A stretch of DNA of 64,000 nt from Malacoraja senta. Its lineage: Eukaryota. The DNA is taken from positions 4,218,001-4,282,000 of the forward strand of contig CM075997.1 of the NCBI GenBank assembly GCA_038087875.1, read 5' to 3'. Each line of letters opens with the position of its first letter. Position 1 is the first letter of the stretch. A program made the position numbers and the translations under genes. Of this stretch, positions 39,045-50,981 are shown one piece after another. The notes below the pieces were generated by a model. It had not been told where the DNA came from and searched no databases. It saw only the letters and a list, made by a program, of their open reading frames with translations.

Positions 39045-39460
39045 CTGCAGTACCGGGCTCGGCCGCGGGGCGGAGGGGGGGGGTGGCGCTGCTATGGCAC
39101 CGGGCGGAGGCTGCGGTACCGGGCTCGGCCACGGGGCGCTGCTGTGCCGGGCGGAGGCTGCCGTACCGGGCTGGGGCGGAAGGGGGGGCGCTGCTGTGGC
39201 ACCGGGCGGAGGCTGCGGTACCGGGCTGGGCCGCGGGGCGGAGGGGGGGGGGCTGCTGTGCCGGGCGGTGGCTGCGGTACCGGGCTGGGCCGCGGGGTGG
39301 CGCTGCTGTGGCACCGGGCGGTGGCTGCGGTACCGGGCTGGGCCGCGGGGTGGCGCTGCTGTGGCACCGGGCGGTGGCTGCGGTACCGGGCTGGGCCGCG
39401 GGGTGGCGCTGCTGTGGCACCGGGCGGAGGCTGCGGTACCGGGCTGGGCCGCGGGGTGGA
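39045..39460. repeat. GC-rich 53-nt tandem repeat, about 7-8 imperfect copies
   Basis: cgctgctgtggcaccgggcggtggctgcggtaccgggctgggccgcggggtgg starts at 39301, 39354 and 39407, with variants upstream. Confidence 0.9.
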
Positions 39461-39478
39461 GGAAGGCGCTGCAGCGCG

Positions 39479-39515
39479 ATGGCCGCTCGCGTTGCTCAGG
39501 GGGCGCGCACTGTCC
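39479..39515 (+). CDS. Possible first coding exon of an unidentified downstream gene (MAARVAQGARTV)
   Basis: gcgATGG context in a CpG island followed by GTGAGT at 39516-39521; no further exons recognised. Confidence 0.3.
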
Positions 39516-39739
39516 GTGAGTAGCGGGGAGACCCGGACCCGGCACCGGCTGCTGCTGCTGCTGCTCCCGGGGGCGGGCGGGCGGTCTGGGGGGAGACCCG
39601 GGGGTGGAGAGAAAGACCGGGCGTCGCCGCTGCAGATGCCGGGGGTGTAACCGGGAGTCGGGCCCCGGTGGGGGAGAATCCCCGGGCTCAGGCCCGGACC
39701 GCCCCTGTCACCCTCTAACCCCACTCCCTTCTATTCCCT

Positions 39740-40684
39740 TCTATCCCCTCTCCCTCTCCCCATCACCCCCTCTCCCTCTCCCCATCACCCCCACCTCTCT
39801 CTCCCCATCACCCCCACGCCTCTCCCCCATCACCCCCACGCCTCTCCCCATCACCCCCACGGCCTCTCCCCATCACCCCCTCTCCCCAGCACCCCCACCC
39901 CCTCTCCCCATCACCCCCCTCTCCCTCTCCCCATCACCCCCTCTCCCTCTCCCCATCACCCCCACCCCTCTCCCCATCACCCCCACCCCTCTCCCCATCA
40001 CCCCCTCTCCCTCTCCCCATCACCCCCACCCCTCTCCCCATCACCCCCTCTCCCTCTCCCCATCACCCCCACCCCTCTCCCCATCACCCCCACCCCTCTC
40101 CCCATCACCCCCACCCCTCTCCCCATCACCCCCACCCCTCTCCCCATCACCCCCACCCCTCTCCCCATCACCCCCCTCTCCCTCTCCCCATCACCCCCAC
40201 CCCTCTCCCCATCACCCCCACCCCTCTCCCCATCACCCCCACCCCTCTCCCCATCACCCCCACTCCTCTCCCCATCACCCCCACCCCTCTCCCATCACCC
40301 CCTCTCCCTCTCCCCATCACCCCCTCTCCCTCTCCCCATCACCCCCACGCCTCTCCCCATCACCCCCACGCCTCTCCCCATCACCCCCACGCCTCTCCCC
40401 ATCACCCCCACCCCTCTCCCCATCTCTCCCTCTCCCCATCACCCCCACCCCTCTCCCTCTCCCCATCACCCCCACCCCTCTCCCCATCACCCCACCCCTC
40501 TCCCCATCACCCATCACCTCCACCCCTCTCCCCATCACCCCCACCCATCTCCCCATCACCCCACCCCTCTCCTATCCCCTCTCCCCCTCTCTTCTACCCT
40601 CCCTCTCACCCTCCGCCTCCCCTCTACCCCCTACCCCCTCTCCCCCCCTTCTCCACCACCCTCTCCCCCTCACCTCTCCGTCCC
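39740..40684. repeat. C-rich minisatellite (about 21-nt unit ccccatcacccccacccctct) running into an assembly gap
   Basis: Direct inspection of the repeat units. Confidence 0.92.
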
Positions 40685-40884
40685 NNNNNNNNNNNNNNNN
40701 NNNNNNNNNNNNNNNNNNNNNNNNNNNNNNNNNNNNNNNNNNNNNNNNNNNNNNNNNNNNNNNNNNNNNNNNNNNNNNNNNNNNNNNNNNNNNNNNNNNN
40801 NNNNNNNNNNNNNNNNNNNNNNNNNNNNNNNNNNNNNNNNNNNNNNNNNNNNNNNNNNNNNNNNNNNNNNNNNNNNNNNNNNNN
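40685..40884. other. Assembly gap (200 N)
   Basis: Run of N. Confidence 1.
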
Positions 40885-42312
40885 GGGAGATTGCAACCTT
40901 CACATGGTTCACCCTTTCGACGAATGCAATCAACCCGACGTGCACAAACAAATAGATGTAGTGTTTTGGTGTCTACAACTTTAGGCTGTGCACGCAATAC
41001 TCAAGGGGTACTGATTTTAGATGATCAGCTATGATCACATTGAATGGCGGTGCTGGCAGGAAGGGCCGAATGGCTATTTTTCTATGTTTCTAACACAAGA
41101 ATAAAACAGCCCCTGGATAGTCTGTGATAAATAATTAACCAACATTCACATTCAAGCCTGCATGAATTAAAAAAACTGGGCACGAGAACTTCAGAAGTTG
41201 GTTTAAAAAAGAAAAGAATAACTGCAGTACGTGATGTTTTTTGAACAAAGAAATCTCAATTACCGCAGGCCCAACCCATGTCTAAACGACAACAAAATTT
41301 ATATTTAGCAGTGGAATTGGCACCGAGAACTCGTGGTCAAGAGCACCAAAAAAAAAGTTATCCCTTAATCTGGAAGCAAGCTCATAGACGCCAGTAAAAA
41401 TAACTGGCACAGAAACATCAAGCACGGCCGCTGAAATCTTATGGGTGGGAAGAAAATCAGTTAAGGCGCCACCCTATCGACAATGCGTGTATATCTGAAA
41501 TGTAACGGCACAGATAAATGGTTGGATGTGTAGGAAGGAACTGTGGAGCCGGAATCCTACAAGAAGAAGAAGGAACTGTGGACGCTGGTTCAAACCGAAG
41601 ATCAGACACAACATACTGGAGTAACTCAGTTGGACAGGCGGCATCTCTGGAGAGAAGGAATGGGTGATGTTTCGGGTCGAGACCCTCGACAAAATGCTGG
41701 AGTAACTCAGCGGGACAGGCGGCATCATGCCGCCTGACCCGCTGAGTTACTCCAGCATTTTGTGTCTATTTTCAGGTGTAAACCAGCATCTGCAGTTCCT
41801 TCCTACACACACGTTCTTGCATCTGCAAAAGGTGAATAGCATCAGCACAGATTTTTTTTCAAGCATGCAACCGTTGAAAACTGCAATGGATGGTGATATT
41901 TAACTGAACTAAATGGAGAGGGCGGGATGTTAAAATGTTTGAGGTGGGTTTGTTTATTTCGTTGCATGCGGTTATGGTCTCCGGTCCGTTATATAACTGT
42001 GCCCGGGGGTAGGGGGTCGTTAAGAGGGGGGGTTAAAACGCTCCCCGTGGTCCCGGCGGTGGGTTTGGGCGACAACCCGGGCCCGGGGTGGGCTCCGAGA
42101 GCGCTGCGGGCCCGCGGACCACCCGCCGCCACTAGGCCTCGAAGCCCCTTTGTTCAGCTCCATCCCTACCGGCCCGGCTCGGGGTCGCTGAGGTAGTTTT
42201 AACACAACACTCCCCCCCCCCCTCCGCACCTCCACCTCCACCTCCCCCTCCCCCGCAACGCCGCAAACTGCCAGCCGGGGTTTGAAGGGGAACGAGATGC
42301 AAACGCCCTCAC

Positions 42313-42354
42313 CCTGTCGAGCCTGAAGCGCTTCGCCTGGTGCCTGCCCGCCAT
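42313..42354 (-). CDS. Putative hnRNP L-family coding exon 1 (MAGRHQAKRFRLDR)
   Basis: gcgATGG start, 14 codons, phase-0 donor CAGG|GTGAGG, in a CpG island; QAKRFR resembles the basic KRLKT motif of hnRNP L/LL N-termini; phase fits exon 2 at 18428. Confidence 0.65.
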
Positions 42355-42395
42355 CGCGTTCGCCGGACGCCGCCTAGCACACGGTCGGTGAAGAA

Positions 42396-42910
42396 AAGAT
42401 GGCGACGGCCACGATCCCGCCGCCGCCGGAGAGCCCGCCCCTCACTCGCCACGGAGCCTCGCCATTGGGCCTGCCGACGTCAATCGGCGGACATCCCGCC
42501 CCCTCCCGCTCCCACGGAGCCTCGCCATTGGGCCGGCCGGCGTCAATCAGCGGACATCCCGCCCTCACGGAGCCTCGCCATTGGGCCAGCCGACATCAAT
42601 CACCGGACATCCCGCCCCCCCCACGGAGCCTCGCCATTGGGCCAGCCGCCGTCAAGCAAACGACATCCCGCCCCCTTTACGTCACACAGACCCTCGCCAT
42701 TGGGCCAGCCGGCGTCAATTACCGGACTCTCGTCACACGGAGCGTCGCCATTGGGCCAGCCGCCGAGTAATCCCGCCTCCTGACACCCACAATGGAGCCT
42801 CGCCATTGGGCCAGCCGGTGTCAATCGCCCGCCATCCCGCCCCCTCACTCCCCCATGGAGCCTCACCATTGGGCCAGGCCACGTCAATCAGTGGGCATCC
42901 TCCAATCAGA
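42396..42910 (-). promoter_or_regulatory. CpG-island promoter with 8 tandem CCAAT/GC-box modules and a YY1-type motif
   Basis: ATTGG at 42464, 42527, 42580, 42636, 42699, 42750, 42805 and 42868, most followed by gtcaat and cccgcc; AAGATGGCG at 42396-42404. Confidence 0.7.
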
Positions 42911-44005
42911 GTGCATAAACCCACTCCTCCCCTCCAGAGGGGAGCCGCCCCAACGCTTGGCGGTGGCGCGCGAATTCATTCATGAAATTGGTGCCGGAGT
43001 GGACAGCAAGGGCGTTAAAGAAGGAAGGTAGACAAAAATGCTGGAGAAACTCAGCGGGTGCAGCAGCATCTATGGAGCGAAGGAAATAGGCAACGTTACG
43101 GGCCGAAACCCTTCTTCAGACTGATAGGGGGTGGGGAGAAGAAAGGAAAAAAGGCGGAGGAGGAGCCCGAGGGCTGGGGGAGGGGAGGAGACAACCAGAG
43201 GGCTGATGAAGGGGAGGGGACAGCAAGGGCTAGCAGTGTTGGGAGAACTCAATGTTTATGCCGCTAGGGTGCAGACTGCCCAAGCGGAATATGAGGTGCA
43301 TTTCCTCCAATTTCCGGTGTTGCTCGCTGTGGCCATGGAGGAGACCCAGGACAGAGAGGTCAGATACGGAATGGGAGGGGGAGTTGAAGTGAAGAGGTCA
43401 GGTTGGTTATTGCGGACCGACCGGAGGTGTTCGGCGAAACGATTGCCAAGCCTCCGCTTGGTCTCACCAAAGTAGATCAGCTGGCATCTAGAGCAGCGGA
43501 TGCAATAGATGAGGTTGGAGGAGATGCAGGTGAACCTCTGTCGCACCTGGAACTACTGCTTGGGTCCTTGAATGGAGTCGAGGGGGGAGGTGAAGGGACA
43601 AGTGTTGCATCTCTTGCGGTTGCAAGGGAAAGTACCAGGGGAGGGGGGTGGTACGGGAGGGAAGGGAAGACCCGCCGACAAGGGAGGTGCCGTGGTGGTC
43701 TGGCGCGTCGATCTCTACAAAGCTGAGGCCACGCGCCAACTCTCGGACACCTCCTCTACTTACCCCTGGACCATGACCCCACTGACGAGCACCAGGCCAC
43801 CATCTCCAGCACCATCACCGACTTCATCCACTCTCACGCCCTGCCCAACCGAGCCTCCAACCTCATCGTTCCCCAGCCCCGCACGGCCCGATTTTACCTT
43901 CTCCCCAAAATCCACAAACCTGACTGTCCCGGTAGACCCATTGTCTCTGCCTGTTCGTGCCCCACCGAACTCATCTCCACCTACCTCGACACCATCCTAT
44001 CCCCC

Positions 44006-45463
44006 TTGGTTAAATCCCTCCCTACCTATGTTCAAGACACCTCAGACACTCTCCGTCGTCTCCGCGCATTCCACTCTCTAGGCCCTCACCCCCTCATCTT
44101 CACCATGGACGTCCAGTCATTGTACACCTCCATCCCCCACCAGGATGGTCTCGAAGCCCTCCGGTTTTTCCTCGACCGAAGAAGCAACCTATACCCGGCC
44201 ACTGACACCCTCCTCCGCCTAGCGGAGCTGGTCCTTACCCTCAATAACTTCTCATTTGACTCCTCCCATTTCCTCCAAATACAAGGCGTAGCTATGGGCA
44301 CACGCATGGGCCCCAGCTACGCCTGCCTCTTTGTCGGGTACGTAGAACAATCCTTGTTCAATGCGTACCAGGGCCCCATCCCCGACCTCTACCTCCGCTA
44401 CATCGATGACTGTTTTGGTGCCACCTCCTGCACCCACACACAACTGACTGACTTCATCCGCTTCACCACCAACTTCCATCCGGCACTCAAATACACCTGG
44501 ACCATTTCCGACACTTCCCTACCATTCCTTGACCTCACTATCTCCATCGCAGGTGATAGACTTCTTACCGACATCCACTACAAACCTACCGACTCCCATG
44601 GCTATCTGGACTACACTTCTTCCCACCCTGCTTCCTGTAAGGACTCCATCCCCCACTCCCAATTCCTCCGTCTACGCCGCATCTGCTCCCAGGATGAGGC
44701 GTTCCACACCAGGGCATCCGAAATGTCCTCATTCTTCAGGGAACGGGGGTTCCCCTCCTCCACCATAGATGAGGCTCGCACCAGGGTCTCTGCCATACCC
44801 CGCAACACTGCTCTCTCTCCCCATCCCCCCACTCACAACAAGGGCAGAGTCCCCCTAGTCCTCACCTTTCACCCCACCAGCCGTCACATACAACAAGTGA
44901 TCCTCCGTCAGTTTCGCCACCTCCAACGTGACCCCACCACTCACCACATCTTCCCATCTCCCCCCATGTCTGCCTTCCGCAAAGACCGCTCCCTCCGTAA
45001 CTCCCTTGTCAATTCTTCCCTTCCCTCCCGTACCACCCCCTCCCCGGGTACTTTCCCTTGCAACCGCAAGAGATGCAACACTTGTCCCTTCACCTCCCCC
45101 CTCGACTCCATTCAAGGACCTAAGCAGTCGTTCCAGGTGCGACAGAGGTTCACCTGCATCTCCTGCAACCTCATCTATTGCATCCGCTGCTCTAGATGCC
45201 AGCTGATCTACATCGGTGAGACCAAGCGGAGGCTTGGCGATCGTTTCGCCGAACACCTCCGGTCAGTCCGCAATAACCAACCTGAACTCCCGGTGGCTCA
45301 GCACTTCAACTCCCCCTCCCATTCCGTATCTGACCTCTCTGTCCTGGGTCTCCTCCATGGCCACAGCGAGCAACACCTGAAATTGGAGGAAATGCACCTC
45401 ATATTCCGCTTGGGCAGTCTACATCCTGGGGGCTTGAACATTGAATTCTCCCAATTCTGCTAG
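44006..45463 (+). CDS. Penelope-like RT and GIY-YIG endonuclease (frame extends upstream to about 43757; one frameshift before that)
   Basis: MDVQSLYTSIP, GVAMGT and YLRYIDD RT motifs; CNRKRCNTC and LIYCIRCSRCQLIYIGET (GIY-YIG with Cys pairs). Confidence 0.9.
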   Translation: MVKSLPTYVQDTSDTLRRLRAFHSLGPHPLIFTMDVQSLYTSIPHQDGLEALRFFLDRRSNLYPATDTLLRLAELVLTLNNFSFDSSHFLQIQGVAMGTRMGPSYACLFVGYVEQSLFNAYQGPIPDLYLRYIDDCFGATSCTHTQLTDFIRFTTNFHPALKYTWTISDTSLPFLDLTISIAGDRLLTDIHYKPTDSHGYLDYTSSHPASCKDSIPHSQFLRLRRICSQDEAFHTRASEMSSFFRERGFPSSTIDEARTRVSAIPRNTALSPHPPTHNKGRVPLVLTFHPTSRHIQQVILRQFRHLQRDPTTHHIFPSPPMSAFRKDRSLRNSLVNSSLPSRTTPSPGTFPCNRKRCNTCPFTSPLDSIQGPKQSFQVRQRFTCISCNLIYCIRCSRCQLIYIGETKRRLGDRFAEHLRSVRNNQPELPVAQHFNSPSHSVSDLSVLGLLHGHSEQHLKLEEMHLIFRLGSLHPGGLNIEFSQFC

Positions 45464-45571
45464 CCCTTGCTGTCCCCTCCCCTTCATCAGCCCTCTGGTT
45501 GTTTCCTCCCCTCCCCCAGCCCTCGGGCTCCTCCTCTGCCTTTTTTCCTTTCTTCCCCACCCCCTATCAGT

Positions 45572-45600
45572 CTGAAGAAGGGTTTCGGCCCGAAACGTCG
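45572..45600 (+). ncRNA. Minimal hammerhead-ribozyme-like core in the Penelope terminal repeat (many copies, e.g. near 1313, 11782, 57480)
   Basis: CTGAAGA, stem II GGGT(TTCG)GCCC, GAAA, CGTC; minimal hammerheads are an established feature of Penelope-like elements; helix I pairing is weak. Confidence 0.55.
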
Positions 45601-45689
45601 CCTATTTCCTTCGCTCCATAGATGCTGCTGCACCCGCTGAGTTTCTCCAGCATTTTTGTGGACAGCAAGGGTGCCCAGGTCAACTGGTG

Positions 45690-47810
45690 TTAAAAAATGG
45701 GCAGTGATGGAAAAATAACCAGCAAGTTATAATAACCAGCAAGCAGAAGAGTTGAGTAGGTACTTCGGATCTGTCTTCACTAAGGAAGACACAATGTTAC
45801 AAAATTTTGAAGACACAATGTTACAAAATTTTGAGATTTAAAAGATCAAGTCTGCAATTTATCCCATCAGATAAAGCATAAAAAGACGTTTAATTTGACA
45901 CCTAATTCACTTTCATATCTTCAGTATTAAAAATGTTATGGCCATTTTCATACTCGGAAATTAGCATCTTGTTCCCTATTGCTTTTCCATTGACAACTCA
46001 AAAGCTGTGATCGAGGACAGTCAAAAGCCCATAACTTTCTTAAAAATTAAGAGAACTGAAAGTAAATTTTCAGTTATTATAGATTGAAGCATTCTGAAAC
46101 AAATATTAAACAATCTTACTTGGATGACCTGAAATTAAAGCATATAATTAGTTAGTTACCTAATTGTAGCTAATTACAAAATTCAATTACTAGATCTAAA
46201 CATCTATCAATTTCTTAAGAAAAGATTTAAAAATGTATATAGCCTTAGTGTCCAAATAACATTCACACTAGAATTCACAATATAACATGATTTTTAAATC
46301 TCATTGTCATGAATTTATAGGCCAAATGGAAGGAATGTAGTGTTTAATTCCCGTAAATTAATGGCCATTGAAATGATCTTGCGAGTGAGATTTTGTGGAC
46401 GCGATCGATTGGAACGTTGCGGTTGCGGTGAATTTAAACCCCATATCGGCAGGAAAAATACTGCCGGTTCGTATATTTACATAGTCACCTTTTCGCAACG
46501 TAAAATTTTGATTAAAGGCATCCTAAGAAGCAAGTTTATATATAAAATAAACGGCTTTCTTTTACCTGTCCCGTGCTTGAAATCCGTCCCTGTTGTCGGC
46601 GTTTACGGCTTTAGAAGATGCTTTTTAATTTACTCCAGCAATTAAATTATCTAGTGCAGTTTAAAATAAATTTAATAAAACCGGTGTCGAAGCGATTTTG
46701 CTTCAGCATCTAAACAGCCTGTTCAAAGTCGATTTGATTAGGCTGGAGAAATACCGCATTTTAAACCCGCCGCCCTCTCAAAGGCGCCAAAGTCGCGCAC
46801 ACGGGCAGTGACAGAACTGCAGCGCTGCTGAAGGTAAGTTTTGTAACATACCTACACAAACAATCTCCCAGATGTACTGGAGGACAGAGGATCGAAGGGG
46901 GTAGAGGAACTGAAAGAAATTTTCATTAGGCGAGAAATAGTATTGGGTAGGCTAATGGGACTGAAGGATGATAAATCCCCTGGGCCTGATGGTCTGCATC
47001 CCAGGGTCCTCAGGGAGGTGGCTCTAGAAATAGTGGACGCATTGGTGATCATTTTCCAATGTTCAATAGATTCAGGATCAGTTCCTATGGATTGGAGGAT
47101 AGCTAATGTTATCCCACTTTTCAAGAAAGGAGCGAGAGAGAAAACGGGGAATTACAGACCAGTTAGCCTGACTTCGGTGGTGGGAAAGATGCTGGAGTCA
47201 ATTATTAAAGAGGTAATAATGGAGCATTTGGATAGCAGTAAAAGGATTAGTCCAAGTCAACATGGATTTATGAAAGGGAAATCATGCTTGACTAATCTTC
47301 TGGAATTTTTTGAGGATGTGACAAGTAAAATGGATGAAGGGGTGCCAGTGGATGTAGTGTATATAGACTTTCAGAAAGCCTTTGATAAGGTCCCGCACGG
47401 GAGACTGGTGACTAAAATTAGAGCACATGGTATTGGGGGTAGGGTGTTGACATGGATAGAAAATTGGTTGGCAGACTGGAAGCAAAGAGTAGGAGTGAAT
47501 GGTCCTTTTCAGAACGGCAGGCAGTGGCGAGTGGAGTGCCGCAAGGATCGGTGTTGGGGCCGCAACTGTTTACCATATATATTAATGATTTGGAAGAGGG
47601 AATTAGGAGCAACACTAGCAAGTTTGCGGATGACACAAAGCTGGGTGGCAGTGTGAACTGTGAAGAGGAGGGTGTTAGGAGGTTGCAGGGTGACCTGGAC
47701 AGGTTGAGTGAGTGGGCAGATGCAGTATAATATATATAAATGTGAGGTTATCCACTTTGGCGGCAAAAACAAGGGGGAAGATTATTATCTCAATGGGGTT
47801 AGGTTAGGTA
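45690..47810 (+). mobile_element. CR1 LINE fragment (ORF2 RT region), interrupted by an insertion at about 45794-46853
   Basis: [40 protein letters not shown] and FADDTKLGG motifs; frameshifted. Confidence 0.9.
45794..46853. mobile_element. Non-coding AT-rich DNA-transposon-like insertion with TIRs
   Basis: ATGTTACAAAA (45794, repeated at 45818) and TTTTGTAACAT (46839-46849); CR1 sequence resumes after it; superfamily unknown. Confidence 0.6.
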
Positions 47811-48029
47811 AGGGTTGACAAAGAGAACATTGCCGTTAACATGTAACATTTGTAAAGTTAAATAGATTTCATTCCATCTCAAGAAAATATAAACAAAAAC
47901 CTTCATTAAAACATTGTGTATTGATTATAGTCTTTCACATCCCTCCAAAGGCACCCTAAAACAGCTTGCAGGCAGTAGAGTACTTTTGAAGTGTAGACAG
48001 TGTGTCAGTTTCCTGGCCCACAGTGATCT

Positions 48030-49486
48030 ACTGCGGACCAGGTAACCCTGCTCACCCAAGACATCGAGGACTGCTTTGAGGCAAATGAGAAGGCAGGAGC
48101 TGTTCTTATAGATCTGACAGCTGCCTATGACACCGTGTGGCACCGGAGACTAACTACAAAGCTACTTCGGGTGCTGCCAGACAGGCGCATGGTACGCTAC
48201 ATCATGGAGCTGATATCAAACCGCAGCTTTGTGCTTAAGACCAGTGGCGGACTGCAGTAGGCTACGTAGACTGAAGAATGGCGTCCCACAGGGATCCGTC
48301 TTGGCTCCGCTGCTTGTCAACGTGTACATCCATGACCTCCCAGAGACCATCGATGGAAAATATGGGTATGCTGACGATCTAGCCATCCTGATGAGATACA
48401 AAGAGTTGAAGACAATGGAAAGCTCCTTGAGTCAAGACATGGGGACTTTAGCACGTATACCGAAGACAGTGGCGTCTAAAGCTGAGCGAAGGCAAAACAG
48501 TGTCAACAGCATTCCATCTAAACAACAAGGAAGATAAGCAAGAGCTAGCTGTCTTCGTTGACAACAGGCACTTGGACTTCCAACAAACACCCACTTACCT
48601 CGGCGTAAAGCTGGACAGGTCGCTTACATTTCGTCAACACCTGGCTGGTCTCCGCGACAAGGTCATGGCACATAGCGGCCTCATCCGACGCCTCTTCAGT
48701 CTACGTAGCCTACTCTGCTACAAGTTGGGGAGCCAGTCCATCAACTCTTCACACCTTTGCCTTAGGTCTTGTGTATGCTCCAGCTGAGTACTGCGCACCC
48801 TATGGAGTAGAAGCAGACATATTAGCCTGGTAGACACGAGCTTGAACAGCACCTTGCAAACTATCACTGGTTGTCTTCAACCTACTCCAGTCGAGCAGCT
48901 CCCTATACTTGCAGGCATTCCTCCTGCAGGGATCCGAAAGCAAGCAGCAACTGGCACTATCTCGTCGTGCCATGGACCCAGATCAGCACCTCCATCGGGC
49001 TATCAGCAGAGAGCAGAGGCCACCCCGACTGAAGTCCCGTCACCCCTTTGCTCCACATGGAAAACAACTCCTAGCATCCATCCAGCCAACTGAGACAAAA
49101 GCACACTGGATCGCCACCAAGTGGTCACAGGAGTGGAAGACAACCTCATCTCCATTACACAGCTACATCTCTTCACCAGATAAAAGCTGTCCAGGGTCTG
49201 AGCTCCCCAGAGGAGCATGGGTGAAGCTCAACAGACTTGGTACTGGAGTTGGGCGTTTCAACGCCAGCATGTGGAGTTGGGGACTCTGCCAGAGCCCAGC
49301 CTGTGAATGCGGAGCAGAACAACAGACAGCCAACCATGTCATCTCTGGGTGCCTGGCTCTACCACCCACCAAATGGAGCTCAGGGCCTGGCAGACATTGA
49401 CGCAGACAACAACCTGGCTGCTCAACACCCGGCTTGAGATCTAACTATTCCTTTGGTTTATTTATGTTTCATTCGCAAGAAGAAGA
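48030..49486 (+). mobile_element. Degenerate 5'-truncated LINE, RTE-X-like
   Basis: [25 protein letters not shown] and C-terminal CECG..QT..H motifs; (AAG)n tail; several frameshifts. Confidence 0.8.
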
Positions 49487-50981
49487 CTCCAGCTTTTTGT
49501 GTCTGTCATCGGTTTAAACCAGCACCTGCAGTTCCTTCTTACGCAGATTGATTTGTGTGTCGGCACCAGAAATGCGGCAACCCTTGTGAACTTCCTAGGA
49601 GAGGTCGGCTGTATGATTTTACCGGGTTGTACGCAAAACAAAGCATTTCACTTCTAAAACACTCAAAATTCAATTGGAGCCAGATTCAAAATTAATAATA
49701 TTAAGAATGTCAGAGGGCTGCCCTAAGTTAACGATATCCCAAAGACGCTTCCTTGACTATGGTTTAATAACTGCAAAGAAACTTATACATAAATTCTGGA
49801 AAAAGATAACAGTTCCCCAGAGTGAAGATGTGGATTACAGAAATGACCGAGACACTACATTTACAAATAAGGCTTGTTTTGTCTGACAAATCAGATCAAT
49901 TTTCCAAAATATATATGGTCTCCTTTCATTAAATTTCTTCAACAACATAATGGTTGAACACAAATTCAAAGCCAACACTAGGGTTGGGTGAGTGGGCGTA
50001 GGGATGGGCAGTGGGATATATCTCCGCTTTTTTTTCCACTTCTTCGTTAGTTCAGGGGTTTTTCTTTTTTCTTTTTCGTATCTTTTTCGAAATTCTTTCT
50101 TTTCTTTTTCCTTTCTTCTTCCTTTCCTTTCTTTCCTTTTTTCTTTTTTCCGATTTACTTATTAGTTTGTAAAATGTTAAAACTGAAGCTGTACGAAAAT
50201 TGTATAATTGTTATGTCGATTAATTTCTCCTTGCTTCTAATAAAATAAATATTTAAAAAAAAAAAAAAAAAAGTATTTCACTGTACCGGGGCGACAGGTG
50301 ACAATAAAGTATCCTAGAATACATGGAGCATTAATAATCGACGTAACCACTGTCTGTGCCCTTTATGCTCTGAATTCTGGTAATCGTTAGTTGAATTTTC
50401 GTCAGGGGGCACTGCAGAGCTGTTTTACTCTCACACTTCACCAACTGCAACCTTGAAACTTTGAACTTAACATGTTTGTTTCGTGTTTCAACATTTAACA
50501 CAGGGACAAAGCTCCATTTGCAGAATTAGAAGCATTAGATTAATCAAAATGAATTACACCAGTCATGTGGCAAAAAAACCCAACAAGTTGCTGCAGGAGC
50601 TCATCTTGTCTGGCAGCGTTTAGTTTAGTTTGGAGATCCAGCGCGGAAACAGGCCTTTCGGCCCACCGAGTCCACGCCGACCAGCGATCCCCGCACATTA
50701 ACACTATCCCACACACACCAGGGACCATTTTTAAATTTTTTACCAATTAACCTGCAAACCTGTATGTCTTTGGAGTGTGGTGGAAACTGGAGCACCCGGA
50801 GAAAACCCACTTGGTCACAGGGAGAAGGTACAAACTGCATGCAGACAGCACCCGTAGTCAGGATTGAACCTGGGCCTCTGGCGCTATGAGGCGGCAACTC
50901 TACCGCTGCGCCAGCGTGCCGCCCTGCTTGTGGAGGTAAAGAGATGGAAATGTTTCGGGAGAAGACCCTGCAACACGACTG

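Larger units (their letters stand above)
43013..45657 (+). mobile_element. 5'-truncated Penelope-like retroelement with an inverted copy of its 3' end at the 5' side and a 14-bp TSD
   Basis: GTGGACAGCAAGGG at 42999-43012 and 45658-45671; about 43029-43670 is the reverse complement of the 3' end; RT homology starts PADKGGAVVVW at 43671. Confidence 0.92.

Noticed and set aside
38913..39724. Several overlapping 140-210 aa ORFs on both strands
   Set aside because: They arise from a stop-poor GC-rich 53-nt repeat whose unit is not a multiple of 3.
39604..41034. 476-aa Pro/Ser/His-rich ORF
   Set aside because: Translation of a C-rich minisatellite that reads through an N gap.
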